64,000 nucleotides of DNA from the human T2T-CHM13v2.0 reference genome, Homo sapiens: NCBI RefSeq assembly GCF_009914755.1, contig NC_060926.1; one strand, 5' to 3'. The position numbers and the translations under genes were made by a program. Below are positions 16,767-30,484 of the stretch, piece after piece; the stretch's first letter is position 1, and each line of letters begins with the position of its first letter. Under the pieces are notes generated by a model. That model did no database searches. It was given only the letters and a program-made list of their open reading frames with translations, and was not told the origin of the DNA.

Positions 16767-16770
16767 ATAA

Positions 16771-17077
<307 letters not shown>

Positions 17078-17193
17078 AATAATTTTTTAAAAAGGCAATT
17101 TTATTGGAAAAGTTTCAGGTTCACTGCAACATTAAGAGGAAGGTACAGAAATATAGCTTTTTCCAACTTCCTTTCCATTCTCTCTCTCTCTCT

Positions 17194-17462
17194 CTTTTTT
17201 TTTTTTTTGGATAGAATCTCGCTCTGTCATGCAGGTTGGAGTGCAGTAGTGTGATTGTGGCTCACTGCAACCTCCTCTTCCTGGGTTCAGGTGATTCTCT
17301 TGCCTCAGCCTCCTGAGTAGCTGGGATTACAGGCTTGTGCCACCACACCTGGCTAATTTTTGTATTTTTAGTAGAGACGGGGTTTCACCATGTTGTCCAG
17401 GCTGGTCTGAAACTCCTGACCTCAGGCGATCCGCCCACCTTGGCCTCCTAAAGTGCTGGGAT
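17194..17462 (-). mobile_element. AluS, 5'-truncated
   Basis: Antisense Alu ending at aagtgctgggat. Confidence 0.9.
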
Positions 17463-18266
17463 CCACTCTTGTCTCTTATTTCAAGCAGTGTGACTGGATT
17501 TGGTCTTCTACCTCACATAGGATGCTTACAGTCTTGATTTCCCTTAAGGATGTAAATTCCTGTCTGCCTTTGCCTACTGCATCCACCAATGTATTGCTTT
17601 GTGTTTCTGTTACAATTCTCTTCTGTTAGATCCTAAATTTCATAAGAGCAGGAACTTTATTCTGTTCAGCTCAAAATCCTTTGTATAGAACAATGTCTAT
17701 CACATTGTTGCTAAATAAAAACTTGTTAAGTAAATGAATGAATGAATATTTGGTTTCTGACCCACAGAAATGTTTGTCTTTTTGTAAGCTTGGCTACAAT
17801 TTTTTTTCAAATTTCTATTTTATCTTTCATTGCTATAAACTTATTTGGGGTGGGGAGTGGCCCAAAACATGAATTTATGACATTATCTCGATCTGAAGTT
17901 GTGGCTGAATATATATATTAATACAGTTAGCTTTTTGCCTAATAGGAATGGATCACATGTGCTGCATTATCAGTCTTTGTTATATCTCACACAATCTTCA
18001 AATGCTTAAAGTTTTAATAATTTGAGCTTCACAAACTCAAAGTACATCTTGATTTAATTTTTCTCCATACTCTAATGGTGAATAGCATTAGAATTTTCAT
18101 ATGATATTTAACTTGATGGAAGCCTTTCAAAAATAGTCATCAAACATAGCTTGTCTAATTAGCCTTTTTCTGTATGATTGTAATTGTGAAAGGGCAGAAA
18201 GTACTGCAGGATATATTATGCCCAGAGAATTAATTAGAAGCATACCCCAAAGAAGATTTGGCATAT

Positions 18267-19350
18267 GTGTTAGTTTTCTCTTGCTGCCATAACAAATTGC
18301 CACCAATTTAACAGCTTAAAACAATATCCATTTGTTTTCTCACAGATCTGTAGAACAGAAGTCTGGCATGGCATGGCGTGGCATGGATTCTTTGCTCAGA
18401 ATCTCACAAAGCCAAAATCAAGGTGTTGGTAGGGCTGCATTCCTTTTTGGCGGCTATTGGGAAGAATCTGTATCCAAGCTGTATCCAAGGTATTAATCAT
18501 GCCTTTTTATTTCTGTATTTTTGATGCTTTGACAACTGGGACTTTACTGGCGCTCCCGTGCCTGTACCTTCTAGGGCTAGCCAATTCCTAGAGATAGTAA
18601 ATGACTTGCCTTTGAGTGTACCTTTCATATGCAGATTAGCAAACTCAGAGCCCATACCCTAACCACCTCATTTATCAGACTCACACTCAGGACCTCTTTC
18701 CACTTGCACAATTATCCCAGGGCCCAGGTACCAGGCACGTGGGGAAAACCTCTATTCTCCAGAACCCAATGTAATTTTTCTAACTAGCCAGTTCTAAACC
18801 TTCATACTCTGCCTCACCCATTTCTTCCTATGGAAACCACAATTAGGATTCTTGTGTCCTGACCAACCCTGGTGCTTCCCTGTGTGGTGTGGCGTGCCCC
18901 CTCCTTTTGGCAGCTGTAACAAACTGTCTTTTTAATGACAACTGTCTTCTGATCTTTTGGCCCACCATACCTGAATAATAATAGGACTTACATTTTAAAG
19001 CACAAACTTATTCAGGTTGTTGTCAGAATTCAGTTCCTATACTCATGCCTCCTACATGGCCCCCTTCACCTTCGAGCCCACAACAGCACATTACATCTTT
19101 CTCATACTTTCAATTCCTTTGACTCCCTTTTCTATTGCATCTCTCTGACTTCCTCTCCTGCTTTTAAGGGTAAATGTGATTATTTGGGGTCCCCTTGGAT
19201 AATCCAGAATAATTTCTCTATTTTAGGGTCAGGCGATTAGAAACCTTCATTAGATCATTAACATCCTTTTACCATGTAATGAACCATAACCATAGAAGTA
19301 ATCCCAGGGGCAAAGATTAAAATGCATGCCAAAATTCTGCATACCACAAC
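18267..19350 (-). mobile_element. MLT1D/E-type LTR, interrupted by another LTR
   Basis: tgtgttagttttctcttgctgccataacaaattgccacc...; resumes as ttattcaggttgttgtcagaattcagttcc after 19007. Confidence 0.75.
18480..19002 (+). mobile_element. ERV solo LTR (MER54/MER74-like; family uncertain) nested in MLT1
   Basis: TG...CA ends, imperfect TSD caagc/caaac, motif gctagccaattcctagagatagtaaa. Confidence 0.6.
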
Positions 19351-19453
19351 ATTTTAGATGTTAAATAAGAAAAGAAAAGCTGGCTTCAAAATTTGGGAAG
19401 ATATTATTAGAAGTTGTAATTTTTTTTATCTGTTCACATTACTGGCTGCAGGC

Positions 19454-19454
19454 T

Positions 19455-19490
<36 letters not shown>

Positions 19491-19591
19491 GAGACAGTGT
19501 CTCACTGCATTGCCCAGGCGAGTCTCGAACTCCTGGGCACAAGCAATACTCTGAGTAGCTGGGACTACATATGTGTGCCATTGTGGCTGGC
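19454..19591 (-). mobile_element. Alu monomer/AluJ fragment with (TTTA)n
   Basis: gagacagtgtctcactgcattgcccaggc...gtagctgggactaca. Confidence 0.75.
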
Positions 19592-21564
19592 TTACTGGCT
19601 ACAGTCTTTGAGTTTCTGTGTTAAAAATTTCTATATTAAGATGGCTTTAGAATGGTATGATGAAATAATTACTCTTTGAGAAATGGACCAGTTAAGTATG
19701 AGTCTAATTTTGCTTCTATTACGCATAAGGGCAAGATATTAAGCTTGCTTGACACTTAGACTGTGTTCTCCTCTATTTGAAATTCCTAATATTTCTCCAA
19801 GGGGAAAGGTTAGGTGTTTTTGTGTTCTTTCATGCACAATTACCCCCACAGGACTCCTTAATAGTCATTGTATTTTTCCATCATAGTAACTTTATATTGA
19901 CTTCAACTGCTTATATGCTTATTGGGGAAAAAGTTCTGAGGCATAATTATACATTGATAGTTTAAAAAGTCTGACTTACATTGTCTAGTACTTGAACACA
20001 ATTAAAAATACCTTATTTGCTGCAATTTATACAGGACCAAATAATGCAAATGTAAAACATCTCAAAGACAAACATTTTCCAAGATCATTTTGTCCCATTA
20101 CCTGGGTGCCTTTTGAAATGTTTGCAAGTGTGTTCTTCTTGTCCTACAAGTGCTTAGTCCCTCACTTCCTCTAACCCTGTCTTCCTATGCCCTTTTCTCT
20201 TCGTCATTTAAAAATTTTTCTTATGTCTGCTCTTTGCTTTTTCCCTTCTCCATTTTATATTTATTTCTCTGTGTGCATGTCCTAATCTTGCTTTACGGAT
20301 TTCCTCACTATGTGATTTCATCACTCACTTTGTTTATCCTAGTTTTTCAATTTCCTTGGATTGCTGTTTCCTTTTTCTTTTCATTGTGTTTTTTCCAACA
20401 AGCATTGTTGCCTCATATCATTTGCTCCTCAAACACAGTATTTTTTTCCAAAACATATCTATGCAATTTTTTGGCAAATAAACCTGTAGTACCCACTGAA
20501 GTCTACTGCTAGAAGAGGTAAGAGTAGTAATATTAGTGATAGTAATTGGCAATGTGAAGTTGAGTTTAGATATAGGGTCTTCCTCACCCTATTCCCAGTT
20601 ACTCAAATTTTAGCTTTAGTTTTCCATCTTCAGAATTTTACGGATTGGAATAACATAATGAGGACAGATAACCATCCGAAGGTGAAGTGTTTTTCAATTT
20701 CTTGCCCAAACAGGAGGGCATGGCAGTCTTATGTGTTGGCTCAGGTTCAGAGGCATGCTTCTCATGTTTTTCATGCCTTTGTAAAAGAAGTTCAGAGTTG
20801 CTCCAGCCCTAACATCTCATATGCCAAGAGTTCTGAATTTATCCCTGTAGGGTATGCTGTGGTTAGTACACTGTGTGCTTAATGAGTCTCTGTTTGGGGA
20901 TAAAGCTTGACTCTGAGCTCCTTCAAATCTGAACTGTCATTATTTTCTCAGTGTAAGTTACATTGACCGTAGCCTTGCCATTTGCTTGGTATGCTGCTCT
21001 GCTGCTGCTTTAACTCATGAAAGATGGGTGAAGTTTTCATTTGGCCATGGTAGTTTCAACAAAACCAGAGTTGGCTTTTGCAAAATCATTTTGCTTTTGA
21101 GGCCTGGCCTTTGAAAACCATTAGGATCTTTTGCAAGGCTTTTAAGGAAAATATTTTGTGAGAGTCAAGTCCAGTTTTGTTTTGTTTTTAAACTGCCACT
21201 ATCAGGGGAAATCTGGGCAGAGGAATCAATTCCCCCTGTTTTCAGAGTTTAAACAATGCTGTACAAGATGCAAATGGGTAGCACTTTGCCTGTTAGGATC
21301 TTTCCACTACTTTTTCATCTGCTACAATTATTAAACAAACAAACAAACAAAAACCCAACAGCAAGTGATTCAGGTCTCTTTTTTTTCTTTGTTTCTTGGT
21401 TATTCAGGGCTTCTCTTCCCTGATATGACACAAGGAGCCTCCCATAAATGCCTGGCCTCAGAGATCCTCTTGCCTCGGTCCTCAATGAGTTATAGAGTAT
21501 CATACTGTCTATGCTAGGCTTAAGATCAGGATCGCTAACTTGATGTAGAGTTTATATTCAGATT

Positions 21565-22035
<471 letters not shown>

Positions 22036-22149
22036 TAAAACTTACAATACATTGAGGTACTAAAGATTTACACACACACACACATCTTCCACAGTGTGAA
22101 AAGAAAAAAAAATGTAACAGGAAAGATTTAAGCCCAAAATAAAGTAGAA

Positions 22150-22487
22150 TTTATTTTCTTTCTTTTTCTTTAATTCCTTCCTTCTTTCCTTTTTTTAAAG
22201 ACAGGTCTCTCTCTGTTACCCAGGCTCTAGTGCTATGGCATGGTCACAGCTCACTGACCTCCTGGGCTCAAGGGATCCTGTCATCTCAGCCTCCTGAGTA
22301 GCTGGGACTATAGGCACGTGCCACTATGCCTGGCTAGTTTTTAAAATTTTTTTTGTAGAGATGGAGTCGGGGTTGGGGGTGGTCTCACTATATTGCCTAA
22401 GCTGGTCTTGAATTCCTGGCCTCAGAGATCCTCTTGCCTTGGTCCTCAAAGTGTTGGGATTGGAGGCGTGAACCATCCCACCTGGCC
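22150..22487 (-). mobile_element. AluJ
   Basis: Diverged antisense Alu dimer. Confidence 0.88.
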
Positions 22488-23810
22488 TAAAGTCGAATTT
22501 CTTGAATGCTGAGATTATTAAGGGATTTAGTATTGATAGAGAATCCACTATCTACCTACACTTACATATATCATCTTATTTAATTCTGCTAACTACCATG
22601 TGAGGGAGGTATCACATTCATTATTTTATAAATTAAATGAGAACTGAGAGAATTAGAAGTATTTAAGGTAACTGGGAGTGAGGAACACTAGGTCTGTCCT
22701 TCTCGAAGGTTTATGTTCTTTTCAGCACAGTGGCTAGAATAGATTTTGAGTTTTTTCCCCCCTAAAAGCCTTTAAATTCTTATTTGCAGTAGTTCAGGAT
22801 CATTTAATGGAAGTCTGGAGGTGAAAATAATGGAAAGATAGCTCTTGGAGGTGCCAGGAGATCTGGGTTGTAGAGCTGGTACTAGTTTCCACATGTGAAA
22901 GTAGAGACACGGCTGCTTATTTTGCCTGGATCTTGTCAGTTGCAAAGCAATCTTTACAGGCAAGGTCCTATTGAGTAAGAAAATGTCAGCCATGTTTTTT
23001 TTTTTTTTTTATGGAGTAAACAGAACACAGTTTGAGGTTTTCCTCCTACTACTCACTTTACTAGATTCTCTACCTCTGGTGAAAAGTGATTATGATTAAA
23101 ATTCACAAACTCATGAATCAAGAAGACATGAATAGTCAGCATAACTCATGCCTGTTGCCTTGCTTAGGATTACTAAATCATTAGAACAGGGAGAGAATGA
23201 CTCCTGTCTTGTGGCAAAAAGTTAAAAACATGGTAACTTTGGAATTTAAGCCAGAATCATAGGTCTTGTTGTCAGGTAGGCCCTCATGAAGTAATCCGCC
23301 TCAATCCCACTTTTGGCCAGGCAAGGTATAAATTCCTACTTTATGGATAAAATAACAGAGGCTAAGAGGTTACACTTGGTAAGTTGCAGAAGAGTGCCAT
23401 GAGAGGGGAGTTGGGAGTAGAATCGTCTCCAAGAGCAATCTTCTTCCTACTGCAAAACACCAAAGCAAGTCCTGGTGTCAGAGATGTCTCTTTTCTAACG
23501 GATCACTTAGTTTTGCATTCCCCAACCAGGGAATGATCTGTCTCCTCACCTTCTAAGTCAACCACTGAGGCTAATCTACAAATGATAACTAAAAATCTTT
23601 GAAATGAAAGGAACTTCCATAGTAGTGCTCTCTAACAGAACCTAAAACACCTGCATTGCATATGCTGGCCCTAGATCACCACATCCAGAACACCTGGGTT
23701 AATTCCTGTAGTTTTAGAAACAGGTTATTCATTGCTTTTATGTGAAGTAAGTAGTGAGTGTCGCAGATTTTTCCCACAAAACTTCTCTTGGTAGCCTCTT
23801 TTTACTTCAG

Positions 23811-23954
23811 GTGTTTAGAGTCTGCTATCTTATTAATCATTCAGTAAACCAAAATGTGAACATTTCACAAGTCTCTGATTGTACCTGGTGTATGTGCCTC
23901 TGTGCACCATTCCCCCGTTCAATGTTGTTTCATACTGGAATGGCCCTCATCAGG
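23811..23954 (+). other. Candidate cryptic/alternative exon, 144 nt
   Basis: ctctttttacttcag|GTG acceptor and AGG|gtaagt donor in unique sequence; no recognisable protein. Confidence 0.25.
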
Positions 23955-24354
23955 GTAAGTTCTTGCCAGCTGTTTGTTAGGAACTCTGTGAAGAGGATCC
24001 AGGCATAAGATTAAGATTCAAACTATATGAGTTTCTGGGGTCTCTTAATTCTGTGAAACTATGGTTTTGTGATATCAACATTGGTCAACTGAGAGCCATG
24101 AACCATAGATAACCACTCGTTAGTGATAGTCATCAGTACAGACAGCCACTTTGAGTTAGTGTGTGTGTGTTTTTAAATGGGGCTTATGTTTTAAATGCCT
24201 CACGAACTTTCAAAGGGGCACTGAGAGAGTTATATCTTTAAATGCTATCGGATAGTGGCACAGTAGCCTTAAAGATGATAGGAATAGGATAAATTTGTTA
24301 ATTTCACTGCTTGGCAATTAGGTTAACCATAGTTACCCTAATTTTCCCTTCATC

Positions 24355-24592
24355 TTCATGGTTATAACAAATGTTTTATGTAAAGGGACAGATAGTAAAT
24401 ATTTAGGCTTTCTGGGTCACTTAAGATCTCTGTCACATATTGTCATTTTTTTTTTCCTCCTTCTTCTCTTTCTCTTATTTGTCCTCCTTGTCCTCAATTC
24501 TTTAAAAACCATCCTTAGCTTGGAGACAGTACAAAGGCAGGATATAGGCCACTTTTGGCTCAGGGGCCAATAGATTTCTAACTCCTAGGCTA
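24355..24592. mobile_element. MER58-type hAT MITE
   Basis: tgtaaagggacagatagtaaatatttaggcttt...gggccaatagatttctaactcct. Confidence 0.7.
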
Positions 24593-24716
24593 TATCATAG
24601 TTGTTTCTTTTTTAAACACTTCACTATTAATGGAAAGTTAGGTTGTTCACATTTTTCACTGTTTCAAGAAATGCTGTAGTTAAACTCCTACTACTTGTGT
24701 TTTTGTGGATATATGC

Positions 24717-25085
24717 TGAATTAGTCCATTTTCATGCTGCTCATAAAGACATACCTGAGACTCAGTAATTTACAAAAGAAAGAGGTTTCATGGACTTACA
24801 TTTCCACATGGCTGGGGAGGCCTTACAATCATGGCAAAAGGCAAGGAGGAGCAAGTCACATCTTATGTGGATGGCAGCAGGCAAAGAGAGAGCTTGTGCA
24901 GGGAAACTCTTGTTTTTAAAACCATCAGATCTTATGAGACTCATTCACTATCATGAGAACAGCGCAGGAAGGACCCACCCCCATAATCCAGTCACCTCCT
25001 GCTGGGCTCCTCCCATGACATGTGGGAATTGTGGGAGTTACAATTCAAGATGAGATTTGGGTGTGGACACAGCCAAACCATGTCA
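24717..25085 (-). mobile_element. THE1B/C solo LTR inside an old L1M fragment (about 24600-25580)
   Basis: tgaattagtccattttcatgctgctc...agccaaaccatgtca; exact 5-bp TSD tatgc. Confidence 0.92.
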
Positions 25086-26065
25086 TATGCTAATAGAATC
25101 CTAGAATTGTAATAAATGGTTAAAGGGTATTTGTATTTATATTGAGATGGATATTGCCAAAATAACCTTTGCAAAGTTTGTACCATTTATATGTCCACAG
25201 ATAAGAGTGTGAGAGTGCTATTCCCTACACCCTTGTAAAAACTTGATATTATCAAACTTTTGAATTTCCACCCATCTGATGAATAAAAATTAGTACTTCA
25301 CCTAAAAAAATTGTATTTTCCTCATTCTTAGCAATGTCAGGAATCTTTTCATGTGTTTATCAGGCATTTAAATGTATTTCCTGTGAATTTCCTGTTCACT
25401 AGTTTTTTGTCCTTTTCCTATTAACTTGGAGAGTTCTCATTAATTCTTTATTTTACATGCTGTAAAACTTCCAAGTCTGTCAGTTGTCTTTTAACTCTGC
25501 TTAGAAATTTCATATTTTTATTTTATACAAATGAATGATCCTTTACTTTGTGACTTCTGGGGATGTTGTGTCTTGCTTTGGATGTGTCATTATCAGATGA
25601 GAAATATGTATTTATGATAGGATATTTGACAAAATTCCTATCAGGATTTGATGTAAGGAAAACATCAGTTTCTTTCAAACAACTTCTATGCTTTTTTGTC
25701 TTGGTTGTTAGGAAACTCAGTTAAATTGATGATTAAAGTTTGATAACTATCTTACTTTTTAAGCAATGCAACGGATAACACACATTGTCAGTGTTAAACG
25801 GTGGTTACAAACCTGAAAACCAAGACTGGGGATAAGCTGGGCACTATGAAAAGCTAACTTCCAAATCAAAATCTATGGCATAGAAATATGACATCAGGAG
25901 ACCCTAAATATGAATGGATCAGCTTTGAGAATTTGAGTTTGTGACAAACTTGATCAGCAGTACAAGGGCGTTGGTGGGAAGCAAGGCCTGGAAATAAGGA
26001 TGGATGCATGAAATCTAGGGCAGTCTGTAGCCATATGTCCTGAACCTTTGAGCTCACAACTTCTC

Positions 26066-26384
26066 CAGGCTCACAATCCTTTATCCACAATTCAGAAACC
26101 CAAAAAGCTCTAAAAACCCAGGCTTAAAAAAAATTTTTGTTGTCAAAATCTGACCTAAATGGTTGTGAGACCACTTAAAGTCTTTATTCTACTTAGTTTT
26201 AAAATTCACACATTTTGTGGTATAAATAACAATGTGATTGATTTTACATTGTTGCTCCTGGCCTTACTGGAGGGTATTGTGTAATATATGGTATATGTAT
26301 CTCTTAACCTTTCTGGAATAAAAAAGTTGTAAATTCTGAAACATATCTGCTCTCAAGGGTTTTTCCTAAGAAATTGTAGACTTG
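26066..26384. mobile_element. Tigger-family MITE (MamRep434/Tigger15-like)
   Basis: Terminal inverted repeats caggctcacaatcctttatcc / ctaagaaattgtagacttg, followed by TA. Confidence 0.6.
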
Positions 26385-26518
26385 TAATAAATATCTTACC
26401 TGAAGGCCCAGGCACAAATAGTTCCCTTCTTGCCTCTTTATGGTTTCTGATTTGACTTTCTAACATTATTTTTAATGATTCTGATGCATATGCATTTTTA
26501 GTATGAGCTCTCAATTTT

Positions 26519-27025
26519 TTTGGCAATAGAGGTCCCCTAAAAGGATCCACACTAATCCTTGCCCTTATGTAGTACCATCCTATATTAAGTCAGAGCTGCT
26601 CTGTGTGCCCATATAGAATATGGACAGATGTGAAGATGTTAGACTTTGGAGGCTAGGTTATAAAAGGCATTTGAGCTTCTCCCTTGATCTCTTGAATCTC
26701 TCTGCTTCTGGGGGAAGCCAGCTGCTATGTGGTGAAGACACACAGAGCTGCAAGGAGAGGCCCAAAAGGAGAGGAGCAAATTTGCCAGCCACATGAGCAA
26801 GACATCTCGAAGTGGATCCTTCAGCCCCAATCAAGCCTTCAGATGACTGTAGTCCTTACATACACCTTGACTGCAAAGTTATGAGACACCCTGAGTCACA
26901 ACTGCCCAACTAAGCCTCCCCCATATACATGAGCCCCAGAAATTATGAGAATAATATATGACTATTATCCTTTTAGACACTAAGCTTTTAGGTGATTTGT
27001 TATGCAGAAATAGATAACTAAAACA
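26519..27025 (+). mobile_element. MLT1F-type LTR
   Basis: ccttcagatgactgtagtcc...gttatgcagaaatagataactaaaaca end. Confidence 0.7.
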
Positions 27026-27299
27026 CTGAGTAATAACTAATAAATAATGGATTAATTAAAAAGTCTACAGTTTGGAAACTGTTTTCTATGGAGCCCCAAA
27101 ACTAATAGATTTAGTGTGTTATTTAATTTCGGAATTTTATTTCCTGCATAATTTGCATATTGACTTAATCTGGTATTTTATGTATTTAATATTTTGCCCC
27201 TTTTTCCCCCTTCTCTGTCTCATAGAACTGCTGTTATAGTCAAATTTTTATAAAACCTCTTCTTTTGGGACTGTTCTGATTAGGGTTCAGAAATAGTTT

Positions 27300-27824
27300 T
27301 GTATTGACTACTCATTACTGTGTAACAAGCTACCCCAACACTCAGTGTTTTAAGACAATGACAATTTACTGTATCTCATGACTCTGCAGATTGACTGGGC
27401 AGTTCTTCTACTGGTCTTGCTCAGATTCCCTCACAGAGCTGGTTCTACTGGAGCTGGAGAGTCTAAGATGGTCTCACCATCATGTTTGGGACCTTGACAG
27501 GGATGATTGCAAAGGTAGGACCTCCTTCTTCACAGAGTCTTTCCTTGGCATTTAACCCCAAGATTTTTTCCATGGTGGCTGGGTCCTAACAGAGCAAAGG
27601 TAGAAGCTCTAAGGAGTCTTGAGGTCGAAGGTCTGGAACTTTCACAGTGTCACCTCTATTACATTCTAAAGGTCAAAGCAAGTTACAAAGCCAGCCCAGA
27701 TTCAAAGGGATGAGGAAAAAGTCTCACCTTTTCATCAGAGAAACAGCAATGTCACATTGAAAAAGGGGCACAGGCACAGGGAGAAGTGATTCATTGAGGC
27801 ACATTATTATAATGATAAACCACA
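27300..27824 (-). mobile_element. MLT1G/H-type LTR
   Basis: tgtattgactactcattactgtgtaacaagctaccccaaca...ccagcccagattcaaagg. Confidence 0.68.
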
Positions 27825-29121
27825 AGCTTTATTAAGAGAGACATAAATCCTAAATTAAGATTCTGGTAGCTTGAATTCCTCAACACAGGGCCAGAAGATT
27901 CACAATGATTAAATTCATCAAACACACACATATTGAGAATCTACTATGTGCTGGCTCTAGAAAAACAAATTATATAATTCCTTGCTTGAAGCAAGAAACA
28001 TACTTATTCCCCTAGTTTCTTTAAATGCAGTTCATTAGGATCAGAAAATGAGGGTTCTACATCAACAAAGCAACAGATATTTCTGGAGTGCTTTCTGTGC
28101 TTAGAATTCTACTATTTATGCCTGAGGTACTTTGCTAGGAGATGAATGTGGCAGCTTCTGAGAGATACTGATGCTCTCTGCAGATGTGTCTGTGGATCAC
28201 ACACGCTTGGCCATAACATCTGCCCTCAGGGTGTTTGATAGGGCATTGGAGTCCCGTTGGGCTCCACCTGCCTTTCCTCTTACACATTTTCCCATATGGC
28301 AAAGATGCCAGAAGTGAACTCTCATGGCTTAAAATAATTGGAGTAGGTGTCAGAGGGAGGTTATGGAATTGTCTGCCTGTACTTTATGAATAGAACAAAG
28401 TGTTGAGCATTAGATTACAGAGACCTGAGTAAGACATAAGTCATTAAATCATAGAGCTGAGAGAAAAAATGCAAGTTGTCTGGCCATCCCTCTCATTTAA
28501 ATGATAAGAAAATTGAGACTCAGGGACATTAAATGACATTAAAATATCTATTTAGCAGCAGTCCTGAAACTACAACCTAGGAATTATGATTTGCTCTATG
28601 GTGTTATTTCAACTAGTTCTTACCATCTTAAAGTCTTATCTTCTCAAAGAAGAGAAATATCTAAGCCTCACTGAGATTTAACTTAGTATGTGCCAAGCAG
28701 TGTGCTAAACTTGGAGTTTCTCAAAGAATCCTCAACCAGAGGAGTGGGTGTTGTTAGTATTCCTACTTACAGGGAAGAAGAGCTTTAGTAACTTTCCCAA
28801 ACTGCCAATAATAATTTCAGAGGCAAGTTTTCACCTAGGTGTTCTTACTCAAGAGTGTGCTCTGAATCATTGTGCCAGTCCTACTCTACGCATGAGGGTG
28901 ATAACACTGAAGAACCCAGAGGAGGCTGGGAGCCTGCTGAGGTTCCCTGAAAAGTTTTCAGGTTCCAAGTGGGGAGCGCTAGAGAGAGGGGACATGCACC
29001 CCTGGGGGCAGAACACAGCCTGGCTCATGGTAGAAGCTTAGGCTGGGTTTATTGAGTGAATGTTCAAATACCCCAGCTTACTGATGGACCAACAAGTCAG
29101 TAGAGTATGGATTATGAATAG

Positions 29122-29562
<441 letters not shown>

Positions 29563-30029
29563 TGAATAGAATTTTTCTTTTACGCTGACAGATATTGCTG
29601 ATAACAATCTTGTCCTAAATGCATTAAAATCCAGCCATTCTATGGCACACATAGTAGATCCTTTTTTCATAGTCTACTTCAGAAATAATTAGATTTGTGA
29701 GCCATTCATTCATTCGTTTCATTCAAGAAATATTTTTGAACATGAGTTATGTGCAAGAAGACATTGTACTAGGCACTGAGCCACTTCAGGGCTACCTTAG
29801 AGGCTGTTTCTACTTTCCTTGTAGCTCGGATTGTGTCATCCTATTTAAAATGGCTCCTGGTGCTTTCTTCTTTTTCTTTCTTGAGGTGACAAGATTTGCA
29901 CATTCTTATTTAAGTTCACAGCACAAGTAAAATTAGAAAGTCATATGTCTCACATGATTTTAGATCTGGCATTTTTTTAAGGGGATCCCAGAAGGAAGGA
30001 GTATAAATCTGCCCTTGGCCAATTTGAAT

Positions 30030-30435
30030 TCAAAATACTTGTTTTATTAGAGGCTAACTGATGTAACAAAGCCACGGATATATAATGGCTAACACATAAA
30101 ATAAGTTTATTTCTTGTTCACATACAATTCTATATGGGTTTTTCTGGTAGAGAGGTGAATCTCCTCCAAGTGATAATTGGGACACCCAGTTCCTCTCAAA
30201 GTTGTCACACATGTCCACATCAAGCAGCAGAAGGAGGAAGAGCATGGACGGTCATACATGTGAAGTTTTTATGGGCTTGACATGGAAGTGGCATACATGT
30301 TTCTAATTACATTCCTTTGGGGAGAACTCAATCACATTGTCAGAGTCTAATTGTGAGGGAGCCTGGAAAATGTACACCACCATATTCCCAGAAAAGAGGC
30401 AATCGTTTGATGAACAGCTGGCCAGTATCTGTCAA
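30030..30435 (-). mobile_element. MLT1J-type LTR
   Basis: ggctaactgatgtaacaaa...ggaagtggcatacatgtttctaattacattcc. Confidence 0.55.
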
Positions 30436-30453
30436 AGTGTTTATATACAACAC

Positions 30454-30454
<1 letters not shown>

Positions 30455-30482
<28 letters not shown>
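30455..30482. repeat. (CA)n microsatellite
   Basis: Read directly. Confidence 0.95.

Positions 30483-30484
<2 letters not shown>

Noticed and set aside
20150-20512. 120-aa hydrophobic ORF resembling a membrane protein (also 13689-14319, 15295-15579)
   Set aside because: T-rich composition bias or antisense L1 decay; no recognisable family.
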